Assembly (NCBI GenBank): GCA_044377395.1
Contig: JBILJE010000001.1
Location: 1-44,309, forward strand
Length of the DNA: 44,309 nucleotides
Reading direction: 5' to 3'
Origin: Rariglobus sp.
GTDB lineage: Bacteria > Verrucomicrobiota > Verrucomicrobiia > Opitutales > Opitutaceae
Numbering within the stretch: position 1 is the stretch's first letter; every line of letters starts with the position of its first letter. Below the pieces are notes generated by a model. It was not told where the DNA came from. It saw only the letters and a program-made list of their open reading frames with translations, and made no database searches. Below are positions 8,614 through 15,203 of this stretch, piece after piece. A program made the position numbers and the translations under genes.

Positions 8614-10194
8614 TCAGTAGCTGATTTTCTCGCCGGGGAGGGCGGGCGTGCTCGGCGGAAGTTTGCGTACGTCGCCGGCCTTGGCTTCGTAGCCGGCGGC
8701 GAGCTGGATCAACGTGGGCTCACTCCATGGGCGTCCAAGGATTTCGAGGCCAACCGGGTTGCCGTCGGCGGTGAAGCCCATCGGGACGATCATGGCGGGC
8801 AGGCCGGTGACCGGGCTCAGCTGGTTGGGCGTGTATTGGCGCTCGGCGTCATCGCGGGGACCGAGCGGGAGGGGCTTGGTGAGTTTGTGGGGGTAGATAA
8901 GGGCATCGACCTGGTAACGATCCATGAGGTCGATGACGGCCTGGCGCAGGGCGGCTTTGCCCTTGAGTGTGGCGCGGTAGGCGGGGTCGCGGTTGAGGTC
9001 GAAGGGCTTGGCGAGGGCGGCCTTATCGGCGTCTCGCGTGGGGATGTCCTTGTGGCCGAGAAGGAGCTCGGTGGCGTTCTTAAACGGATAACCCGGGCCT
9101 TGGCGCGCGAGGTAGAGATTGATGGCGTGGATCCGCTCGTAGCGCGAAGGCGAGGAGTTCGCCTCGAGGTAATTCGGGAGATCGATGCCGAGGGAAACAG
9201 GGCGAAAAACCTTGGCACCGTTCTTGGCAAACACGGCGATGGCTTTTTCAGCCATGGCGATGATCTCGGGCTCGGGTTTGGGCTTGGTGAAATCGTAGCC
9301 TTCCTTAAGCACACCCAAGCGCATGCCGCTGATGCCGTCGGTCTTCACAAAGCTAACGTAGGGTTGGTCAGGCATCTGGCCGAGGCTCTGGGCAGTCCAA
9401 AGGTCGAAGGCGTCGAAACCGGCCATCACGTCGAGCATGACGGCGAGATCGGCCACGCTGCGTGTCATCGGTCCGCCGCGTTCACCGGTGATGTAGCTCG
9501 CCATCTGGCCGTCGCGGGAGATGAGCCCGGACGTGGTGGAGAGCCCGTAGAGATTGCTGTCACTCGTGGGGGTGCGAATGGAGAAACCGGTCTCGGTGCC
9601 GAGCCCGCCCGCACCCAAGACGGCGGCGACAGCCGCGCCAGTGCCGGAGCTAGACCAGCCGGATGTGCGGGTGAGGTCGTAGGGGTTGCGGGTGTTGCCG
9701 CCGAGCGTGCTGGCGGCAACATGGGGCGGATTGGCAAACCAGTCGGACTGGTTGAGCTTCGCCAGGATGATGGCGCCAGCGTCCTTGAGCTTGGTGATTA
9801 CGAAGGCGTCCTTGGTGGGCTTTACGCCTTTGAGAGGGAGGTAACCGCCAGTGGTGGGCATGTCGACCGTGTCGAATACATCTTTAACCACGATGGGCAC
9901 GCCATGGAGAGGCGAGCGCGGACCCTTGGTTTTGCGCTCGGCGTCAAGGGCCTTGGCCTCGGCGAGGGCGTTGGCGTTGATGTGGAGAACGCTGGCGATC
10001 TTCGGGCCTTGCGAATCATAGGCGGCGATGCGCGCCAGGTAGAGTTGCGTGAGCTTCTCGGATGTCAGAGCTCCGGACTGCATGGCGGCTTGAGTTTCTG
10101 CGAACGTCGCAGTCGCGAGATCAAACTCCGCGGCGTGGGTGGTGCTGGCGAGGGCGATGGCCAGGAACAGGGTACGAACCAAAGAAGGTTTCAT
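8614..10194 (-). CDS. Exported amidase-signature family hydrolase (Ami5)
   Basis: HGVPIVVKD, SGWSSSGTG, GTETGFSIRTP; signal peptide ending THA-A. Confidence 0.93.
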   Translation of the reverse strand: MKPSLVRTLFLAIALASTTHAAEFDLATATFAETQAAMQSGALTSEKLTQLYLARIAAYDSQGPKIASVLHINANALAEAKALDAERKTKGPRSPLHGVPIVVKDVFDTVDMPTTGGYLPLKGVKPTKDAFVITKLKDAGAIILAKLNQSDWFANPPHVAASTLGGNTRNPYDLTRTSGWSSSGTGAAVAAVLGAGGLGTETGFSIRTPTSDSNLYGLSTTSGLISRDGQMASYITGERGGPMTRSVADLAVMLDVMAGFDAFDLWTAQSLGQMPDQPYVSFVKTDGISGMRLGVLKEGYDFTKPKPEPEIIAMAEKAIAVFAKNGAKVFRPVSLGIDLPNYLEANSSPSRYERIHAINLYLARQGPGYPFKNATELLLGHKDIPTRDADKAALAKPFDLNRDPAYRATLKGKAALRQAVIDLMDRYQVDALIYPHKLTKPLPLGPRDDAERQYTPNQLSPVTGLPAMIVPMGFTADGNPVGLEILGRPWSEPTLIQLAAGYEAKAGDVRKLPPSTPALPGEKISY

Positions 10195-10215
10195 AAAAGC
10201 GATGGTAGAGGCCGA

Positions 10216-11826
10216 TTAGTAGCTGAATTTCTCGCCGGGTAAGGGAGGCGTGGATATGGGGAGACGGCGGTGATTGGTGGCCTGCTCGTAGGCGTAACCG
10301 AGGCTGATCAGGCGGAATTCGCTGAACGGACGACCGAGGAATTCGACGCCGACGGGGACGCCGATGGGGGCGTCTTTGGTGGGCGGAGAGAAGCCGCCGG
10401 GGACGGTCAAGGCAGGCAGGCCGGTGCAGGAGGCCATGAAGCCGTTGCGCTCGATCTGCTCGGGATCCTTGGTGGCCGGGACGACGAGGCGGCGCTGGTG
10501 AGGGAAAAACAGCGCGTCGAGTCCGTGGGCATCCATGACGGCGACGAGGCGATCACGGAAAACCACCTGTGCCTTCATACGTTTTTGATATTCGGGGGAG
10601 CGAAGGGCGTCCTCCTTGGCCTCGGAGGATTTCTTGAGCGACTGATAAACTGGCGGATGGGTGTTGCCGGCGGCGGCGACGTATTCGGCGAGGTTTTTGT
10701 AAATGGACTTGGGGCCGTTGCCGGCGAAGTAGGCGTCCATGCCCCATTTGACCTCGAAGTTGCTGACGGAAATCTCGTTGCTGTTTTTGGCGTATTGGCC
10801 GGCCTCGGGAATCTGGAGCGTGACGACCTCGGCACCGGCGGCGCGGATATCGGCGAGGGCGATGGAAGTGACGGCGGTGACCCAGGCGTGCTCAGGGTGG
10901 GAACCATCGCCGACCAGATCGGTGACGAAGCCGATACGGGCTCCCTTCAGTGAATCAGGGATGAGCGCGGCGGCGTAGGTGACGGGGGCCTTGCCCACGC
11001 CGTTCCAAGTGGAGGTATCGGCGGGGTCGAAGCCAACGAGGTAATCCATCATCACGGCGGCGTCGGCGACATAGCGCGTGATCGGACCGGCAGTGTCCTG
11101 CGTGTAGGAGATCGGAATGATGCCGTCGCGCGAGATCAGGCCGAAGGTCGGGCGCAAGCCGACGCCGTTGTTGGCGGAGGCCGGTGAGCGGGTGGATTGG
11201 CCTGTGTCGGTGCCGGTGCCAAGGATGCCAAACGTGGCGGCGATAGCGACTCCGGTGCCGCCGGACGAACCGCCGGGCGTGCGGGTGAGATCGTAGGGGT
11301 TGAGCGTCTGGCCCATCAAGGAGCTGATGGAAACGCCGGAGCGGGCGAGTTCGGAGAGGTTGACCTTGGCGAAGATGATCGCCCCGGCCGCACGCAGGCG
11401 CGCAACCGTGAAAGCGTCATCGGGCGCCATGTTGGCAGTGAGCGCAACCGAGCCCCCGGTGGTGGGCATGTCGTAGGTGTCGTAGTTGTCCTTCAACAAC
11501 ACGGGAATGCCATGGAGTGGCGAGCGGGGGCCCTTGGCCTTGCGCTCGGCGTCGAGGGCGCGTGCGATCTCGATAGCCTTGGGATTGACTGCGATGACGG
11601 AGTTTACCTTCGGCCCCTTCTGGTCGTACGCATCGATACGGGCTTGAAACAAGGTGACAAGTTTCTCGGCGGTGAGCGCGCCGGCGTCGTAGGCTGCGTT
11701 GATGTCGGCAACCGTGGCGGTGGAGAGATCGAACTCCGCGGCGCGGACTTCAACTGGAATGACCAATGCCGAATGACCAATGACCAATGAGGCGAGCAGC
11801 AGGCGGGCGTGGCGTGAAAGACGCAT
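10216..11826 (-). CDS. Exported amidase-signature family hydrolase (Ami6)
   Basis: HGIPVLLKD, PGGSSGGTG, GTDTGQSTRSP; LVIGHSALVI leader. Confidence 0.93.
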   Translation of the reverse strand: MRLSRHARLLLASLVIGHSALVIPVEVRAAEFDLSTATVADINAAYDAGALTAEKLVTLFQARIDAYDQKGPKVNSVIAVNPKAIEIARALDAERKAKGPRSPLHGIPVLLKDNYDTYDMPTTGGSVALTANMAPDDAFTVARLRAAGAIIFAKVNLSELARSGVSISSLMGQTLNPYDLTRTPGGSSGGTGVAIAATFGILGTGTDTGQSTRSPASANNGVGLRPTFGLISRDGIIPISYTQDTAGPITRYVADAAVMMDYLVGFDPADTSTWNGVGKAPVTYAAALIPDSLKGARIGFVTDLVGDGSHPEHAWVTAVTSIALADIRAAGAEVVTLQIPEAGQYAKNSNEISVSNFEVKWGMDAYFAGNGPKSIYKNLAEYVAAAGNTHPPVYQSLKKSSEAKEDALRSPEYQKRMKAQVVFRDRLVAVMDAHGLDALFFPHQRRLVVPATKDPEQIERNGFMASCTGLPALTVPGGFSPPTKDAPIGVPVGVEFLGRPFSEFRLISLGYAYEQATNHRRLPISTPPLPGEKFSY

Positions 11827-11844
11827 GGCGGGTGACGATGGAAG

Positions 11845-13413
11845 TTAGTAAGTGAACGATTCGCCCGGGAGGACCGGCGTAGAGGAGGGAAGGATACGGT
11901 AGTGGGTGGCGACTTCGTAGCCGTGGGCGAGGGCGAGGAGATCGCGCTCGGCGAAGGCGCGGGAGAGGAACTCGATGCCTACGGGCTGGTTGAGGCTGGT
12001 GAAACCGGCGGGCACGCAGATGGCGGGAAGTCCCGAGACGGAGCTGAGCTTCACCTTGGTGTAAACCTGCGGCTCGTTGATGTATTGCGCGGGGTAGAGG
12101 TTGTGCAGGTAAACGAGGCCATCGAGTTTCTGGTCATCCATGAGCTTTTCGAGGGCGGCGCGGAGGGTGGCGCGTTTGGCGACATCGCGCTTGTAGGCGG
12201 CGTCGGTTTCGCGCGGAGGCGAAGTAAGCGCCTTGGTGTAGCTGGCGTGCTTGTTCCAGATGATGCCGCCGTCTTTGATCAAATCGGCGAGATTCTTGAT
12301 GGGGGAGGTGGGCCCGAGGGAGGCAAAGTAGTGGTTAAGTCCGTCGCGCAATTCGGCGGGGCCGATCGCGGGCGTGTTAAGCAACTCCGTGACGTTTTCA
12401 GGAATGGCGGCGGGCTCGACTAGGATCGCCCCGGCGTCTTTGAGTTCGCCCAAGGCGCGCTCGGTGATGGCGCGGGCCTCGGCGGTGACGGGATCAGTGG
12501 AGGTGAAGACCTGGCGGAAAACGCCAAGGCGCGCGCCCTTTAGGCGATCGGGCGGGAGCTGGCCGATGAAAGGTTTGTTAGCGAGAACGGCGGCACTGCG
12601 CTGGGTGAGGGGATCGGCGGGATCCAGGCCGATGCTGTAGTCGAGCATGACGCCCAGGTCGGCGACATAGCGGGCCATGGGGCCGACGCGATCGAGGGTG
12701 GTGGAGTTCGGGATGACACCATCGCGGGAAACGAGGCCCTCGGTGGGGCCGAGGCCGACTACATTGTTGTGAAAGGCGGGGCCGCGGGTGGAGGAACCGG
12801 TCTCGGTGCCAAGGGCCACAGGCGCGTAAACGGCAGCAAGAGCGCCGCCGGAACCGGAGCTGGAGCCGTCGTTGTGACGGGCGAGGTTATAGGGGTTGCG
12901 GGGAACTCCGCCGAGCGTGCTCGCGCCGTTGAGGCCGGGCGCACCGGAGGCGAATTCGGAGAGATTTGATTTGGCGAGGATGACGGCACCGCCTTCGCGG
13001 AGTTTTTTAACGATAAAGGCGTCGTCGGGCGGCACGCTGTTTCGTAGAGCGAGCGTGCCGCCGGAGTCGGGCTGGTCGAAGGTGTCGATGCAGTCCTTCA
13101 CGATCACGGGGATGCCGTGCATGGGACCGCGCCGACCCTTGGTTTTGAGTTCGGCGTCGAGCTTGCGTGCGTCGAGGCGTGCACGAGCGTTTACGGCGAT
13201 GATCTGGTTTAGCGCGGGCCCGCGTTGGTCATAGGTAGCGATGCGTTCCAGGTAGAGCTCCACCAGTCGTTCGTAGGTCAAGGCACCGGCATCCACGGCG
13301 GCATGGATGTCGGCGACGGAGGCGGTGGTGAGGTCAAACTGAGCGGCGGGGAGGGCGGGGGCTCCGAACAGCGGCAGTGTGGCCGCGAACAGGCGGGAAC
13401 GTAGGGAACTCAT
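11845..13413 (-). CDS. Exported amidase-signature family hydrolase (Ami7)
   Basis: HGIPVIVKD, NDGSSSGSG, GTETGSSTRGP; signal-peptide-like N-terminus ending LPA-A. Confidence 0.92.
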   Translation of the reverse strand: MSSLRSRLFAATLPLFGAPALPAAQFDLTTASVADIHAAVDAGALTYERLVELYLERIATYDQRGPALNQIIAVNARARLDARKLDAELKTKGRRGPMHGIPVIVKDCIDTFDQPDSGGTLALRNSVPPDDAFIVKKLREGGAVILAKSNLSEFASGAPGLNGASTLGGVPRNPYNLARHNDGSSSGSGGALAAVYAPVALGTETGSSTRGPAFHNNVVGLGPTEGLVSRDGVIPNSTTLDRVGPMARYVADLGVMLDYSIGLDPADPLTQRSAAVLANKPFIGQLPPDRLKGARLGVFRQVFTSTDPVTAEARAITERALGELKDAGAILVEPAAIPENVTELLNTPAIGPAELRDGLNHYFASLGPTSPIKNLADLIKDGGIIWNKHASYTKALTSPPRETDAAYKRDVAKRATLRAALEKLMDDQKLDGLVYLHNLYPAQYINEPQVYTKVKLSSVSGLPAICVPAGFTSLNQPVGIEFLSRAFAERDLLALAHGYEVATHYRILPSSTPVLPGESFTY

Positions 13414-13439
13414 GGCAGGAACGCGGGAACGACGGTTTG

Positions 13440-15029
13440 TTAGTAAGAAAACTTGTCTCCGGGCAGGGCGGGTGTGAGGGCGGCGGGCTTGCGGTTCTTC
13501 GAGGCCTGCTCGTAGGCGTAGGCGAGCTTGAAGAGCACGGGCTCGGAGTAGGGGCGACCGAGGAACTCGACGGATATGGGGCCGTTTTCCTTCACAGTGT
13601 AGCCGGCGGGGACGAGTAACGCGGGAAGACCCGTCACGGAGCTCACAGAGTTGTCTTTCTCGGCTACGTTACGATCGAGGTGGCCCTCGGGGGGGAGCGT
13701 CTTGAACGGATGGACGAGGGCATCGAGTTTATACTTGTCCATGACCTCGACGATGGCGTCGCGGATGGACTCCTGCATGTCGCGGCGGGCGAGGAAGTCG
13801 GCGTGGTGGTCGAGCGAACGGAACTCGGCATAGCCCTTGCGGATGCTCGGCTTCACGAGCTCTCCGTAGGCCACGAGTTCGTCCATGTTCTTGATGACGG
13901 CGTTCGGGCCGAGGCGGCGGAAGTAGAGGTCGTAGGAGAACTGCGCCTCGTGGTAATTCGTGCGCATGCCACCGGATGAATCAAGGACCGTGAACAGATC
14001 AATGCCTAGGGTGACTCCCTCGACGATGATCGCACCCTCGCTCTTCATCTGGGCGATTGCTTTGTCGATGAATGCGGTGCCTTCAGCGTGTTTTTCTCCC
14101 TTGCGGAAGAGGTCTCGGAAGATGCCGATGCGGGCACCCTTGAGTCCGTCTTTCTTGAGGAATTGCGTGTAGGAGCCGTCGGGCATGTTACCCGGCGTGG
14201 TGATGGTGAGAAGATCCTCGGCGTCGAAACCGGCGACGACATCCGTGAGGGCGGCAACGTCATAAACGTTGCGGGCCATTGGGCCGGCGCGCTCCTGCGT
14301 GAACGACGTCATGACCTGGCCGGTGCGCGAGATGAGGCCGCGGGTCGGAGCAAGGCCGGCGAGGGAGTTGTTCGCCGTAGGATTACGAATAGAGACGCCT
14401 GTCTCGGAGCCGAGACCGACGTGGGCGAAGGTGGCGGCCAGCGAGGAGCCGGTGCCGCCTGAGGAGCCGCCGGGCGTGATGTCGGCGTTGTAGGGATTAA
14501 GCGTGCGGCCGAGTACGGTGCTCTGGTCTCCGGGCTTGGGAACGCCGAACCAGTCGCTCATGTTGACCTTGGCAAGGATGATGGCTCCGGCGTCACGGAG
14601 GCGCTTCACCACGGCGGCGTCGTGAATCGGAAGCGAGTTCTTAAGGGGAAGGAAACCGGCGGTGGTGGGCATGTCTTTCGTATCGAAGAGATCCTTCAGC
14701 ACCACAGGAACGCCGTGCAGGGGGGAACGGGGGCCCTTGGCCTTGCGCTCAACGTCGAGTGCGCGAGCGGTCTCAAGCGCCTTGGCGTTGAGCGTGATGA
14801 TCGAATTGATCTTCGGGCCGGCCTGGTCGTAGGCCTCGATGCGTTTCAGGTATAGTCCCACCAGTTTCTCAGAGGTGAGCGGACCGGCGTCCATAGCGGT
14901 TTGAATGTCGGCGACCGTGGCGGTCTCGAGATTAAACTCGGCGGAGTGGACGGGGAGAGCGGCGACAAACAGCGCGAGCGTGAGCGGCAGTGCGCGGATG
15001 GTGTGACTAAGGAAACGAGGTGCGATCAT
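13440..15029 (-). CDS. Exported amidase-signature family hydrolase (Ami8)
   Basis: HGVPVVLKD, PGGSSGGTG, GSETGVSIRNP; signal peptide ending VHS-A. Confidence 0.93.
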   Translation of the reverse strand: MIAPRFLSHTIRALPLTLALFVAALPVHSAEFNLETATVADIQTAMDAGPLTSEKLVGLYLKRIEAYDQAGPKINSIITLNAKALETARALDVERKAKGPRSPLHGVPVVLKDLFDTKDMPTTAGFLPLKNSLPIHDAAVVKRLRDAGAIILAKVNMSDWFGVPKPGDQSTVLGRTLNPYNADITPGGSSGGTGSSLAATFAHVGLGSETGVSIRNPTANNSLAGLAPTRGLISRTGQVMTSFTQERAGPMARNVYDVAALTDVVAGFDAEDLLTITTPGNMPDGSYTQFLKKDGLKGARIGIFRDLFRKGEKHAEGTAFIDKAIAQMKSEGAIIVEGVTLGIDLFTVLDSSGGMRTNYHEAQFSYDLYFRRLGPNAVIKNMDELVAYGELVKPSIRKGYAEFRSLDHHADFLARRDMQESIRDAIVEVMDKYKLDALVHPFKTLPPEGHLDRNVAEKDNSVSSVTGLPALLVPAGYTVKENGPISVEFLGRPYSEPVLFKLAYAYEQASKNRKPAALTPALPGDKFSY

Positions 15030-15144
15030 GATAAATTGAATACTGGCAAAAGGGGGTGGGCTGAAGAGGTCGGCCGGTAAGGGGCGGCACGTTGGCCGCG
15101 CAGTGAGAAGTCGGAGGTGTAAACCTGAGGCTCGTGACGAGCCG

Positions 15145-15193
15145 AAAAGGAGCCTCGACGGTGGCGCGGTGAAAGCACCGCGCCACCGTGAGG
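15145..15193 (-). terminator. Strong hairpin just after the receptor stop codon (partial terminator or mRNA-stabilising stem)
   Basis: Perfect 14-bp stem ACGGTGGCGCGGTG-aaag-CACCGCGCCACCGT (15158-15189). On the minus strand it is followed only by a short, offset T run (CTCCTTTT). Confidence 0.65.
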
Positions 15194-15203
15194 ACAGAAG
15201 CGT

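Larger units (their letters stand above)
1270..11792 (-). repeat. Dispersed 35-bp blocks of five tandem heptamers (AATGACC on +, TTGGTCA-type on -) inside signal-peptide coding regions: 1270-1304, 2925-2959, 4500-4630 (3 blocks, 48-bp period), 5727-5809 (2 blocks, 48-bp period), 6884-6918, 11758-11792
   Basis: Read directly, e.g. AATGACC AATGCCG AATGACC AATGACC AATGAGC at 1270. Nine blocks in six genes, always in the same frame and always within the leader. Confidence 0.9.

Noticed and set aside
253-14855. Long plus-strand ORFs over the amidase cluster (e.g. 253-1041, 3501-4580, 8560-10242, 10270-10953)
   Set aside because: Antisense shadows of high-GC genes. They recur opposite each amidase, have no recognisable motifs and fully overlap well-supported minus-strand CDSs.
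1-15029. Annotation of the amidases as GatA, or of the asparaginase-like genes as GatD (tRNA amidotransferase subunits)
   Set aside because: All carry export signals, there are eight divergent copies, and no gatB, gatC or gatE is present in the window.
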